DNA of 64,000 nucleotides, from positions 1,848,668 to 1,912,667 of the forward strand of contig CM119263.1 of assembly GCA_051294375.1 (NCBI GenBank). The letters are read 5' to 3'. Positions 28,238 through 42,289 of this stretch are shown in pieces. The notes beneath the pieces are model-generated. The model was not told the DNA's origin. It searched no databases and saw only the letters and a list, made by a program, of their open reading frames with translations. A program made the position numbers and the translations under genes. This stretch comes from Paraspadella gotoi. Its lineage: Eukaryota > Animalia > Chaetognatha. The first letter of the stretch is position 1; each line of letters begins with the position of its first letter.

Positions 28238-28530
28238 GGGAAAGCAGAAGGGAAAGCAGACGGGAATCAGAAAATAAAGCGGAAGGGAAAGCAGAAGTGA
28301 AAGCCGAAGGGAAAGCAGAAGGGAAAGCAGAAGAGAAATCAGAAAAGAAAGCAGAAGGGAAAGCAGAAGTGAAAGCAAAATGGAAACCAGAAGGGAAAGC
28401 AGAAGGGACTGCAGAAGGGACTGAAGAAGGGACAGAGAAGAAAGGAAAGCAGAAGGGAAAGCAGAAGGGAAAGCAGAAGCAAAAGACGAGAAGGGAAAGC
28501 AGAAGGGAAAGCAGAAGGGAAAGCAGAAGG
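28238..28530. repeat. 12-bp minisatellite GAAGGGAAAGCA (copy at 35325-35635)
   Basis: Read directly; preceded by a 14-bp CCCTTTCCCTCTCC array at 27840-27937. Confidence 0.85.
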
Positions 28531-28670
28531 CGGGGGCGAAAGACCGAAAGTCGTTTAACCCCGTTTCGTTTTTTTTTGACGACGATGACGACGACGATAA
28601 CGACGACGACGCAGTTTTCCTCTCGCTCGAGTCTATGGGATGAATAAATGCTGAAAATACCCATTGTCAT

Positions 28671-28701
<31 letters not shown>

Positions 28702-30383
28702 ATCATCATCGTCTCTTTTACAATATCTCGTCGCGGGAAAATTGAAAACTATTTTCAGATTCAGATTTTTATCTGTCAAACGCAGAATCTGTGCTTTCTT
28801 ACATAAGAGTAAGAGTGATGGAGGCCTTAAACCACCAAAGTCTGTCCAAAGTCAGGGGCAAGATAGCTTGTATATTAAATGAATGGATAATTTTTATATT
28901 GGTAGTACCAATTTCATAAATAAAGTTTAGGATATTACTAAAAAATAAGTAAGAGCTGCTGTTAAATGATAATTTCAATCTTGGCAATTTGTTTAAAGAT
29001 CTAAATTATTCTTTATATTTTCTTTTGAATGACTCTTTATGTTTATCTTCTACATCTTCACATGTTATTTCGCTTTCTTTCCTTTTCACCATTTCCCTTT
29101 TTCCAATTTCTGTCTGTCTGTCTGTATGAATATCTGTCTTTATGTCTGTCTGTCTGTCTGTCTGTTCTCTCCGTTACGTGTTATCAAAAAGAATTCGAAA
29201 AAAACAACATAAAATAAGCAAAGCGAAGATAAAAGTGTTTTTGTTATTCTTTCCTTCATTACGTCCAATTAGGTAGTAAATATATATTATATATTATTCA
29301 AATTTTTAAGTTTATTTCCTAGTCTTTCTGATGTTTGTTCCTCGCTTTCTAGTTCATACTCTTTGTCTCGACTTCCTTTGAAAAAAAATAATAGGAATCC
29401 AAGCGAAGTGAAAGAGGAGAAAAGAAAGAAGATAAAAAACAAAAGGAAAAAAAAAGGAAAAAAAAAGAAAAGAGAAAAGAAGAAAATAAAAGGAGAGAAG
29501 ATGAAAGGAGAAGAAAAGGAGAAAAAAGAATCAGAGAAAGAAAACTCGGTTTTATTACGTGACCACACGGGAGGGAGATGGAGAGAGAGAGAGAGAGAGA
29601 GAGAGANNNNNNNNNNNNNNNNNNNNNNNNNNNNNNNNNNNNNNNNNNNNNNNNNNNNNNNNNNNNNNNNNNNNNNNNNNNNNNNNNNNNNNNNNNNNNN
29701 NNNNNNNNNNNNNNNNNNNNNNNNNNNNNNNNNNNNNNNNNNNNNNNNNNNNNNNNNNNNNNNNNNNNNNNNNNNNNNNNNNNNNNNNNNNNNNNNNNNN
29801 NNNNNNNNNNNNNNNNNNCTCTCTCTCTCTATCTCTTTCTCTCTCTCTCTATCTATCTCTCTGGCGTCACCATTTCTTTCCTTACTCTTTATTTTGTAAT
29901 TAGTTGCAAAAATCGAAAGCAGAAAAGATTTACTGATTTAATGTTCTCTTGGCGATGGACCGCAAGGAAAGGCAATCGATGACTAAAGATGACGATAGAT
30001 GGCTCTGAAATCCTGACCACTTTCCACCAACTTTGATTCGAACGATAAGTCGACAACATCCTTCTTTCCTCTTTCATAGTGATTTTTTGAATTAGTTGAC
30101 ACAATATTGAAATTATCCATTGATTTCGAACACTGTAAGTTACTTTAAGGCCTCTATAGTAAGAGAGACAAAATAGTAACATTGCAGGACCTCCCTTTCC
30201 TCTTCTTTAAATTTTCTTCCGTTTCATCCTTCTCCATTTCCTTTCCTCCCTCTCCCTTTCCTCCCTCTCCACGTTTTCCCAATTTTTTTCTCCCTTCTCT
30301 CCCTTTCCTCCTTTTCCTCCTTTTTTCTTTCCCCCCTTCCCCCNNNNNNNNNNNNNNNNNNNNNNNNNAAAGAGAGAGAATTA

Positions 30384-33300
30384 AACCAAGACTTTTCAAC
30401 AATCTCTATCATCTACGGCTTCATAAATAGAAGTATGTAAAACAGATTTATAAAGCTATCATTTTATCTCAATTTCTTTCATCCCGACTCTTTCATAACA
30501 ATTAAAAGAAGAATTTAATTAACAAGAATTTCACATTACCTTAAGCTTTAAATACAATTTCTATTCGTTTAGCGATCGTCATTGGGCCCCGCTCCAATCG
30601 CCGCCCCGATAATTAGACTCACATTAGCTCATTCTTCGCCCAAGATTCGACCATTTGGGTTTTAAATCAATCCCTTAATCTGACCCGGGTCGGGTCGACT
30701 AGCTTTCTTCTCCGCCATCCTCTCAGTTCACCCTCCATTACCATAAATGTCTACATTCAATTCGGGCCGACATTATTTCCGCTATTAGTAACAAGTAGTT
30801 GACGAGAATTTTTCATTCTCCGGGCCTTCATCTCTCGTCGTCATCTCCACCGCGACCCTCATTGTCAACCTCATTTTTATTTTGTTTATAAGTAATGCTA
30901 TTCAATTTGTTAAATCGTTATTTTGACGCTTATAGCATTCTGATTGTTCACAAGTTTTAAAACGCGTTGGTTCGCCATGTGGTACTTGATCAGTCTTTGA
31001 GATTGGTTCTTTCGCCTAAATATATAAAGACGAACGTGATTACTAACTATGGAGGATAAGTCACAATGATTCGTAACGTTAAAAAAATATACCTTTTTCA
31101 TCGATTTATTATTAACGTTTAAGTTACTATTTTTAATTAATTTTCCTTTTCTCCTATGTTTCTAAAAAGTCTCCTTCTGCCTTGCGCTGTTAGTCTCACG
31201 CTCCTCATATGTACGTCCATCTCACTCCTTAATCCACAATTTATGAATTTAACCAAGCCTTCACCGAATTTATTTAATAAATAACAAGTCATCCAATCCA
31301 CATCTCTCCCACTCTTCCGTACCACAACCCTCATCTTACTTCCACGCACACTCCGAGAGCCGCACGGAGAGGACGAGCACCCGCAGCACCCGAGACCGAC
31401 GAGCACCGCAGACGCAGAGAGCACGCACGAGACGCACCGAGCACGCAGAGCGAGGCTCCGAGAGAGCGAGAGTACGTGAAGAGAGAGAGGAAGAAGAACG
31501 CCGGCGCAAACAAAACCGCCTCGCGATGCATAAGAGAATTCACCCAAACTCACCACAACGTGAGGACTGGAAACAAAGAACCCACCGTCATTCTCGTCGT
31601 GAGGGAAAGGAAGAGGAGTGGAGCGAGGGGGGGGGGAACCAGCATAGAACAAGACCTTTAGGATAGTAACTAGTAACTGGCTACTATAAAAACTTAATAA
31701 AATGGGAAGAGAATTTTTTAGAGATTTGATAAAAATTTCGTTGGTATTCATCTTGTGAACTCATCTCTAGTCTGCCTCAACTACTGTGGAACTGTAAATA
31801 TTGACATTCCGAATTGATTGATTGAATTGAATTGAATATAAGAAATTGAATTGAAATTGATTGAATTGATTTGACATTGAATTACAAGTAAATTTGATAT
31901 GGTTAAAGTTGATTTGATTTGTTTAGATTTGTCAGATTTAAAAGAATCTTTTTTTCGAAATGTAGTAGTTCACGCATTGGGCGTGCAAGAGCTTGGTGCA
32001 ATGATTGTCAGTGGGCTGGAACATCGCCCGCATAGTGTGTGTAGTGCAGACACGTTTGAGTTGAAAGATGTTGCGCTCGCGCAATTTTAAATTCGAGTTA
32101 AATCGACTAAAAACGAAAAATTTAATTTATAATGAGCCTGGATGCATGAGAACTTTTTAACACGTATTGGGCTTAAGGAATCTAGGATGAAAAGAAAAAA
32201 TTGGGTTAAAACGGCGTAATCACCGGATATTGAATGGAAAAAAAGGTGGCCACGAGAAGAGAGAGAAGAGAGAGAGAGAGAGAGAAAAGAGAGAGAGAGA
32301 AGAGAGAGAGAGGAGCCAGAGAGAGAGAAGAGGAGAGGAAGACGAGAGAGTTACGAAGCAGAGAGAGAGAGAATAATTAATCAATATAGCCTAGAATTCA
32401 ATAAATAAAGATGAAAGCGACCATTGGTTGGGGTTTAAAAAAAATCAGGAGCGTTAATGTCAATCAACTCAGTATTGATTCTCAACTCATCCTTGAAGTA
32501 TATTTTCTCCTATTGGGTTTTAAACTGAGAACTCGTGGATGGCTTTCGGGGAAACGCCCTTCACATTTTTTTCGGTCATCGATCTCTTGTCGGCGGCCTT
32601 TGTCGGTATCTTGGTCGGCATTTTTTTTGAAATCTTTATCGATTGTAGAAACAACGGCATGAAGTTTATTATGAAACTTGGTAAAACTAATATCTAAAAG
32701 TAATAAATTTATTATATCGAAATCAATATCTATTATTTACAACGTCATATGGCGACGACCCAAAGCAAACGCCGTACTAGTCACAACCTTATTTCACGTG
32801 ACAAAGGTTCTCATATCGACAACTAAGCGCCGCCATCACGACGCCTTAGCAACGCCTTTGCGTTTCGCATCGTGTCCGTCTTAGCAACGGCGCGGCCAAC
32901 CCTAGCGACGCGCCTCAGTATACTTGCTTCGGAACGAGCGCAGGAGAGAGCGTCGTCAAGCGGTGACGACCGGAACTTCCGGAGACGGAGGAAAAAGAAC
33001 CGCGAAAGGAAGGGGAAAGGAAAAGGAGGAAAGGAGAGGAGTGGAATGGAGAAAGGAAAGGAAGGGAGGAAAGGATAAAGGACAACAGAAGCCGAGGAAA
33101 GACAGAGAGCGAGGGAAAAACCGAATAGGAGAGGAAAAGGAAATGAAATGGAGGAAAAGAAAGAAAGGGAGGAAAGAAAAAAATGGAGGAAGGAAAGAGG
33201 TGCGAAGATCGATCATTAGTGAGAAAATATCAGAAGAAAGGGGGAAATACAAATACGGAAAGAAAAATAAGAACCGAGGAAAGAATGTTGAAATAAGGAA

Positions 33301-36300
33301 TGGGACGAAAAAAGCAATGAAATGGAATGAAAAATTTTGAATGAAAAGATTAATGAGTAATGAAAAACACGAAAAGATAAAAATAATCCATCGACAGAAA
33401 ATTCGAAAAAAAAAACAAGTTTGAGGCAACAATGTCGGATCTGCCTAGGATCATTCAGCGGTAATGTAATAAATAAATTAATTAATTAAATTGCAAGTTA
33501 ATTAATTTATAGACAATTAATTAATTCAAGTTATTATTGATGAGAAATTAATTAATTAATTAATTTGATCAAAATATCTTTTCGTCACTGTACCCGAAAA
33601 AGCAACGATGAAACACATGATGGGCGACAAATGACAATATGCCAAATAACGATTGGGACTTAATTGATTGATTGATTGATTAAATAATTACTTATTATAA
33701 ATGAATTGAATTGATTACATAATAATTCAATATAGATAATTGAATGATTCGAATAATTAATTGATTAATTATTGACTGATTAATTAATTAGTGATTATTT
33801 AATTGAACTAATTTATTAATTTAACTGATTAATTATTTGAATAAAGTAAAAGAAGAAATTAATCAATTTGTGAAGACAGGTTTTTTGTTTTTTTGCATCT
33901 AAAGCATTTCCCTTGCACGAAGATTTCCAATCAAACTTCATATCCAGCTCAATCACACGCTTCTATCCACCACAAAATTTCATTCCATTGCTTCATTCCA
34001 ATCACGAGTAATTAGAGTTTTTTGTAAAAGGTGGGTAGGACGGGCGGCGGTCGTAAGTCTTTTTTTTTTGCATAAGTTTATGCAATAATTGATGTTCTGA
34101 CAAGATAAAAGTGAATTTTGCGCGACAAGATTGAGGGAAGCGAACGAGCGGACCGACAAAAGTGAATTATAGATCGGCAATCTGCCTGAATAAGCAATCG
34201 ACTAAAATGTCGACATGAGGAGTAAAAAATTTCAAATGAAATGAACGATTTTCGCCAATTTTATTTTCTTAACCTAAATTAAGTAGTGGGGGAGTGGACT
34301 TTTTCATGACAATTTGAACATTCTTTGAAATATTTATACACTTTCATTGATAGCGTGAAGCCAGGTATCTGGAGTGAATAGACCGAGACTGTGATTAGAG
34401 GTTTTTGATTGAAAGCTTGGCAGGGACGTGTTATGTCATTATCTGTTAAGAGTGATGAGGCCTTAAACACAAAGTCGGAGGCAAGATAGCTTTTTAATTA
34501 ATGATGGAATAATTTTTTATATTGGTTTGTACCAAATTCGAGTACTAAAGCTATGAGAGTGTCTACAGCGTCTGCCTCTTTTCTGTGGGATGGTTTTCTG
34601 GCAACCTGTCGTAAACTCTTCCAAGGTCAGGAGTCGAGATAATGGTTTAATGATTTATAATTTTAACTTATTACTAAGGAAAAGAAAATATTATCACGAA
34701 ATAGGATAAAAGAACTTGAAACCGGAATTCAACCGCTCATCTATTGTTCAGTTGGAAGTCGCGAAGTCGAGCATAGTCTCTAAGGTGACAAGAAAACAAC
34801 ATCATTAACGTGATAACGAAAATCAACTACGCTTTAACGTTTAAACCGGCGTGAGACAAAACCTTGGAACAAGAAATACTTTTAAATTCACAAGACTTTT
34901 TCTCTCAACCCTGTCAACTGGGTCCGACCTGTTCGCGATTCCCCTTTCCTCTCCCCTTTTCCTCCCCCTTTTCTCTGTCCCCTTGTCCTCTCCCTTTCCC
35001 CTCTCCCGCCTTTCCTCTCCCCCTCTCCCCGTCGCCGTTCAACCCCACCGATCCGGACGCACGTAAAGAGCGCTATCCCGGGGATCTATGACCCCAGCCC
35101 GTATCTCTCAGAGGGTCGCGAGTTTCGAATCCGACATCGCGCCTCTTTATTCATTGTTCCCGCGGAGACTAGAAGCGCGGTTCCCACGTCGTCGTCGAGA
35201 TCATCGTCATCGATTTGACGACATCATTCCTCTCTCTTGTGGGACGATGAGCAAGTCCACGTCAGAGAGAGTGGAGAAGAGCTTTGTGGCAGAGGGTGAC
35301 AACGAGGGTGCACGAGGGGGCAAATGGGAAAGCAGAAGGGAAAGCAGACGGGAATCAGAAAATAAAAGCGGAAGGGAAAGCAGAAGTGAAAAGCGAAGGA
35401 AAGCAGAAAGGGAAAGCAGAGAGAAATCAGAAAAGAAAGCAGAAGGGAAAGTCAAAGTGGAAAGCAATGGAAACCAGAAGGGAAAGCAGAAGACTGCGAA
35501 GGGACTGAAGAAGGGACAGGAGAAGTGAAAGCAGAAGGGAAAGCAGAAGGGAAAGCAGGAAGGGAAAGCAGAAGGGTAGCAGAAGGGAAAGCCAGAAGGG
35601 AAAGCAGAAGGGAAAAGCAGAAGGAAAGCAGAAAGGCGGGGGCAAAAGACCGGAAAGTCGTTTAACCCCCGTTTCGGGTTTTTTGACGAGACGATGACGA
35701 CGACGATAAGACGACGACGCAGTTTTTCCTCCTCGCTCGAGTCTATGGGATGATATAAATGCTGAAAATAACCCATTGTCATCGTCGTCCATCGCGTCAT
35801 CGGTCGTCATCGTCATCATCAATCGTCTTTTTTACAATATGCTCCGTCGCGGGAAAAATTGACAAACTATTTCAGATTCAGATTTTTTATCTGTCAAACG
35901 CAGAATCTGGTGCTTTCTTAATAAGAAGTAAGAGTGAATGGAAGGCCTTAAACCACCAAAAGTCTGTCAAAGTTCAAGGGGCAAGATAGCTTGTATATTA
36001 AATGAATGGATAATTTTATATTGTAGTAGCCAATTTCATACATAAATAAAGTTTGAGGAATTATTACTAAAATAAGTAAGAGCTGGCTGTTAATGATAAT
36101 TTCTCAATCTTGGCAATTTGTTTAAGATCTCTAAATTATTCTTTATTATTTTCTTTTGAATGACTCTTTTATGTTTATTTCTACATCTTCAACATGTTAT
36201 TTCGCTTCTTTCCCTTTTCACCATTTCCCTTTTTCCCAATTTCTGTCTGTGTCTGTCTGTATGAATATCTGTCTTTATGTCTGTCTGTCTGTCTGTCTGT

Positions 36301-37463
36301 TCTCTCCGTTACGTGTTATCAAAAGGAACTCGAAAAAAAACAACTCATAAAATAAGCAAAGCGAAAGATCAAAAGTGTTTTTGTTATTCTTTCCTTCATT
36401 AGTCAATTAGGGTAGTAAATATATATTATAATAATTATTCAAATTTTTAAGTTTATTCTAGTCTTTCTGATGTTTGTTCCTGCGCTTTCTAGTTCCATAC
36501 TGCTTGTCCTGAGACTTCCCTTTGAAAAAAAATATAGGAATCCAAGCGAAAGTGAAAGAGGAGAAAAGAAAGAAGATATAAAACAAAGGAAAAAAAAAGG
36601 AAAAAAAAAGAAAAAAAAGAGAAAAAGAAGAAAATAAAAGGAGAGAAGATGAAAGGAGAAGAAAAAGGAGAAAAAGAATCAGAGAAAGAAAACTCGGTTT
36701 TTATTACGTGACCAAGGGGAGGGAGATGGAGAGAGAGAGAGAGAGAGAAAGAGAGGTCATTCACGCTGGGATTGAGTTTAAGGAGGCTAAGTGTTGAACA
36801 TGTAGTTGAAGAAAACGTCTCTCTCTTCTCTCTCCTCTCTCTCTCTGCTGCTCTCTGCTTCTCTCTCTCTCTCTTCTCTCTTCTCCTTCCGTCCTCTCGT
36901 CTCTTCTCGTCTCATCTCTTTCTCTCTCTCTCTATCTATCTCTCTGGGCGGTTCACCATTTCTTTCCTTACTCTTTATTTTGTAATTAGTTGCAAAAATC
37001 GAAAGCAAAAAGATTTACTGATTTTAATGTTCTCTTGGCGATGGGACCGGCAAAGGAAAAGGCAGATCGCTGACTAAAGATGACGAAAATAGGATCTCGA
37101 GCTCTGAAATCCTGACCACTTTCCACCAACTTTGATTCGAACGATAAGTCGACACATCCTTCTTTCCTCTTTCATAGTGATTTTTTTGAATTAGTTTGAC
37201 ACAATATTGAAATTATCCATTTTTGAAAAAATTTTCCCCCGGAAAAACACCTGTAAGTTACTTTAAGGCCTCTATAGTAAGAGAGACAAAAATAGTTACA
37301 TTGCAAGGACCTCCCTTTCCTCTTCTTAAATTTTATACCGTTTCATCCTTCCTCCATTTCCTTTCCTCCCTGTCCCTTCTCCCTCTTCAGTTTTCCCCCC
37401 CATTTTTTCTCCCTTCTCTTCCGCCTTTCCTCTTTTCTTTCCTTTTTTCTTTCCCCTTCCCAC
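30384..37463. repeat. Copy B (very noisy) of the ~6.9-kb direct duplication
   Basis: Insertion-rich version of 23518-30343; e.g. the (GA)n tract at ~24430 is garbled at 31340-31500. Confidence 0.95.
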
Positions 37464-38349
37464 CCTCTTTCCTTTCCTTCCTTCCTCTTTTTCCTCCCTT
37501 CCCCTTTCCTCCCTATCCATTTCCTTACCTCTCCCTCTTTCTCCTTTTCTTTCTCCTTTTCCTCTTTCTCCTTTCCTCCCTTTTCCTCTTTCTCCCCCTT
37601 CCTTCTCTTTTCCTTTCTCCTCTTCTTTTCCTCCGCTTCCGCCCTTCCTCCCTTTCCTCCTCTCCTCTCCATTTCCTCCCTTTTTCCTTCCTCCCTTTCC
37701 TCCTTCTGCTCCCTTTCCTCCGCTCTCCTTTCATCTCTTTCCTCCCCTTTTCATTCCGCTTCCCTCCCTTTCCTCCTTCTCCCTTTGCTCCCCTTTTCCT
37801 TTCCTCCCTTTCCTCCTTCTCCCTTTCCTCCCCTTTTCCTTTCCTCCTCACCAAAGGCCTTGACACGAGTTCGCCCCGTCGCTCGGCCTTCGCCACGAAA
37901 GCGAACCCGCGGTTTTTCTCTCCCGACGAAAGACGCGATTATCATAAATTAGAAGCGACATCTCGTCGAGGACGACCGACTTCCGGTCTGTCGATAGCGT
38001 CTTCGTCATCGTCGTCGTCGTCGACATCCTCCTTCCTCCTCGATGTCCAACACTTTCGATCTCTCTCGTTCGCCGAATGTTGATCAGGTTTCTCAGCGAC
38101 TGGGTCATCGAAACACGCCTTGCCAAACTTGTTTGGGCGTGGCCGTCGAGGTAAATCCGAAACGACGAAAAAAAGGACGAACAAATCGCGACACTTAAAA
38201 TGTCTATAACTGTGAAGTTAACGATAATTGGGCATCGACCGATAAATAGAGTAATAAGAGAAAATCTTATGAGCCTTTGTTTTTAGACAATTATGAAGTG
38301 TTTGATACATAAAAAGAATGAAGACAAATTCATAGTATAAATGTGGCAG

Positions 38350-38473
<124 letters not shown>

Positions 38474-38593
38474 TGCGTAATTGAAGGTGAGTGATTGCAA
38501 GAATGTCGGAAGCGTTGACATTGGTCTCAGTCAATCCGCTAATTGGATTGAACAGCCTTCAAATAACATCTAAGTCCGGAGGCTTTTTTTTCA

Positions 38594-38683
38594 CTCATCC
38601 AGCTCATCCAGTTTATCCAGCTCATCCAGCTCATCCAGCTCATCCAGTTTATCCAGTTCATCCAGTTTATCCAGTTCATCCAG
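38594..38683. repeat. 9-bp tandem repeat YATCCAGYT (~10 units)
   Basis: Read directly. Confidence 0.85.
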
Positions 38684-39097
38684 ATAAGGATCAGATCAGA
38701 TCCACTAAGATCGAACACAGTATAAAAAGTATTAAACAACAAACAAGACAACAACATCAACACCTGCATATAACACAACAACCATTGCCAACGCATTCAC
38801 TGCTACTTCCACATCCACAACAAGAACAAGCAACTACAACATTTACAACAACAACTACCCTAATAACTAAAACTACTACAATTCCCCATATAACCTCAAA
38901 CATATTTTAAAACTAAAAGATGAAAACTAAAAAATAAAGATAGTGAAACAAGTAATTTTGCCACTTTCACAACTGCTACAAGAACTTTTAAATTAGCTAA
39001 GTTTTTGTTGGCAGATCCGACGCTTTTTGTTTTAATTCGTTTGTTTGATGAGCAATGCAACAATTTCTCTCTCAGATCAGACTAAGATCGATTTTTG

Positions 39098-39373
39098 GGC
39101 TTTGTTTTCCCAGAACGCCCTATTTTATCTCGAATTCTGAAAAAGATTAAAGTTTAAAGAATATGGATTAGATTAGGGATATAGTTTTAGTTCGTGATTT
39201 GGGTTAGGGATATGGGTTAGATTCTAGCATTTGTGGTTAGAGATTTGGTTTAAAAATTAAAGATAAGCGTTTAGGATTAAGGTTCAGGATTACTTTATAA
39301 ATTTAAAAAATATTTTAAATAGTTAAAGTTGTGGAAAACAAACAGATATTGGGCGCTCTCGGAAAAGAGAGCC
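39098..39373. mobile_element. MITE-like element of the same family, complete
   Basis: Left end ggctttgttttcccagaacgccc versus reverse complement of the right end ggctctcttttccgagagcgccc; the interior is degenerate ttaggg/ttagg repeats. Confidence 0.65.
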
Positions 39374-39656
39374 ATCGATCCTCATTTGAAGAGCTACGCT
39401 TCTGTCTCAGAGGCCAATGACACTAGTTTCTTTTCGTTTTGTCTCCGATTTCCAAATCATCGTCGTCGTCGTCGTCGTCGTCGTTCTTTTTGTGATTGTC
39501 GTCGTCGTCATCGTCGTCGTCGTCGCCTATTGTTTTGCTCAGTCTCGGAGTTATTGACCTAAGTGGCGGGTGAGCGGAACGATCTTCTTGGATTTTTCGA
39601 CCGGGCGAACTCGGTAAGACCGAGAGAGAAAGAGACGAGAGAGAGAGAGAGAGAGA

Positions 39657-39701
<45 letters not shown>

Positions 39702-39916
39702 ACTGTTTCAAAGTATAAAAACATCTCAAATGAATTTTAAGCCAAATGCATAAAGCTTAAGACAAGAGGCCTGAAGCCTGAGACTCGTAATCCTCTCGAG
39801 CAACATCTTCATTAATTTTCATTCCAAGGTTGTGATTCTGTGATTCTAATTGTGAATGTAATTGAGGTGAGAGAACTCAAGGATTCAATTAGACTTCATA
39901 TCATTGCGGATGTCAA

Positions 39917-39956
39917 GAAACATCGCATTGCATCGATCGAGAGAGAGGAGAGAGAG

Positions 39957-40020
<64 letters not shown>

Positions 40021-40601
40021 AGGAGAGGAGGTTGATGATCGAAGACTATTTATTTGTGAAAAAGTAAAAAATATAGATGATTCTGATGAAGTTTTCATCC
40101 ATATTTTTTTACCATCTCGCTTGTTAGATTTTCGTTTTAAAATTGAAATAACAAAATGGCTTCTTTTCACAATTTGGTGATTAGCGGACACAAGACAACT
40201 AACGACGATATATGTTAATGTTTAAAGTTTAAAGAGATTCATAAGCTTATGTCAATATTTGTATTCATATAAATTTTTGTTTAATAGTTGGCAGATTTGA
40301 TTGGGATTTAAAGTAAATATAGACAATGAGTATGTTGTTGCTTCATATAGCTATTTGTCTCGTCATGTCTCATCATGTCATATCATGTTAATACACGTTA
40401 ACCACCAAACGGCGTCAACGAGACGAGAATTACCCGGCGCCTTCACGCATTTCCGAGCCGTGGTCATCGTCGTCGTCATCGTCGTCGTCGTAGTCGTCGT
40501 CGTTGCCACACTTATTCGCGGGCTTCCTCTCTCTCTCTNNNNNNNNNNNNNNNNNNNNNNNNNCAACATCGCATGCATCGATCGAGGGAGAGACGAGAGA
40601 G

Positions 40602-40675
<74 letters not shown>

Positions 40676-41175
40676 TTGATGATCGAAGACTATTTTATTT
40701 GTGAAAAAGTAAAAAAATATAGATGATTCTGATGAAGTTTTCATCCATATTTTTTTACCATCTCGCTTGTTAGATTTCGTTTTAAAATTGAAATAACAAA
40801 ATGTGCTTCTTTTCACAATTTGGTGATTAGCGGACACAAGACAACTAACGACGATATATGTTAATGTTTAAAGTTTAAAGAGATTCATAAGCTTATGTCA
40901 ATATTTGTATTCATATAAATTTTTGTTTAATAGTTGGCAGATTTGATTGGGATTTAAAGTAAATATAGACCATGAGTATGTTGTTGCTTCATATAGCTAT
41001 TTGTCTCGTCATGTCTCATCATGTCATATCATGTAATACACGTTAACCACCAAACGGCGTCAACGAGACGAGAATTACCCGCGCCTTCACGGCATTTCCG
41101 AGCCGTGGTCATCGTCGTCGTCATCGTCGTCCGTCGTAGTCGTCGTCGTTGCCACACTTATTCGCGGCTTCCTTC
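39917..41175. repeat. ~620-bp direct duplication across a 25-N gap (39917-40538 = 40564-41175)
   Basis: Collinear near-identity. Confidence 0.95.
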
Positions 41176-41192
41176 TCTGCTCTCTCTTCTCG

Positions 41193-41252
<60 letters not shown>

Positions 41253-41319
41253 TTCTTCTCTCTCTCTCTTCTTCTTTCTCTCTCTCTCTTTCTTTCTTTT
41301 CTCTCTCACCTCTCTCTCG

Positions 41320-41555
41320 ATTATGATTGGCCAACCCCGGCGGCGCCTTTCGCCTCTGCCGGCCAATCAACGCGCTCTAACTGCGCCCGATGACGTCAAC
41401 GCGCGCGGCGCCCAAATTCGTCGGAAAAACGCGAGGTTTGCGCGCGCGGTGGCGAGGCGTCAGGCCGAGAGACGAGCGCCGCCAAAGGCTCTCGGCGGAA
41501 ATTTTTAAAAAATAAAAAAAACATCATGCGGGATTTACAAATGGCGCCAATCGAT
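41320..41555. promoter_or_regulatory. CpG-rich promoter-like segment with three CCAAT boxes, a CRE and E2F-like sites
   Basis: GATTGG, CCAATCA, CCAATCG, TGACGTCA (~41391), TTTGCGCGC, GGCGGAAA, GGCGCCAA. Confidence 0.55.
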
Positions 41556-41964
41556 AAACAAATAAATGCATATGTAATGAAATTAAAAAATATATATATA
41601 TATAAAGTTACCATCGAAGAGATAAATTTAAATTCCGGCGGTGGATGTTTACTTTTTTTTTTGAATATTTCCTAATAGGATTTTCCTAATTTTTTTTGGT
41701 ACGTCTATTTGTAAACATATATTTTACATGGAAATTTGGATAATCGTGATGGAAATAACGCGCCTCTGGATTATACTTACAATTCTTTTTTAGAAAAACG
41801 ATGGAGATTTTTAAAAATTATTTTTGGTCCTTTGAATATATTCCGTTCGATACTGTGTACAAATATTTTCATGCTACAGCCTTTATTTTTACTTTACCCT
41901 TTAGTGAAATGTAGTCGGGCATAGCTAAGTTCACCCCGCCTCTAAGCATGAAACCTTCAGTCGT

Positions 41965-42240
41965 GACCCAGTGGCTCATTGAGTAAAGCCGTCAGCAGAT
42001 GACCACTGTGTACCGCGTTCAATTCCAACCCGGTACCTATCCTGCGGGAAGCGTGAGGACGGCTGTAAACCTCCTTGTAGGCTCGGAGAACCGTAAAGCT
42101 TGGTTCCAAGCCCAAGACACGTTCCATAACTGCTAGAGGGTGTAATAGAAGTTACGGATAGTCATCTGCAGCCAAATTAGCACCTTATCCACATATTCGA
42201 CCTAACTGATTTTAGGTTTTAGGATTAAATTAAGAAAGTG
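41965..42240 (+). mobile_element. tRNA-derived SINE
   Basis: A-box-like TGGCTCATTGAG (41972) and B-box GTTCAATTCC (42017) with tRNA-like spacing, followed by a ~200-bp body. Confidence 0.55.
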
Positions 42241-42289
42241 AAGAGACAGAAATTATTGTTATGTGTTAGTGACAGAATCGATCAATATA

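Larger units (their letters stand above)
23518..30343. repeat. Copy A of a ~6.9-kb direct duplication
   Basis: Collinear with 30384-37463; the copies are separated by a 25-N gap. Confidence 0.95.

Noticed and set aside
27757-28647. 296-aa ORF with KAEG/RRES repeats
   Set aside because: Built from 14-bp and 12-bp minisatellites, starts at GTG and has no recognisable domain.
37223-38083. 286-aa F/L/S/P-rich ORF and the many LSLSLS/RERERE ORFs
   Set aside because: Translations of polypyrimidine/purine tracts and (GA)n microsatellites.
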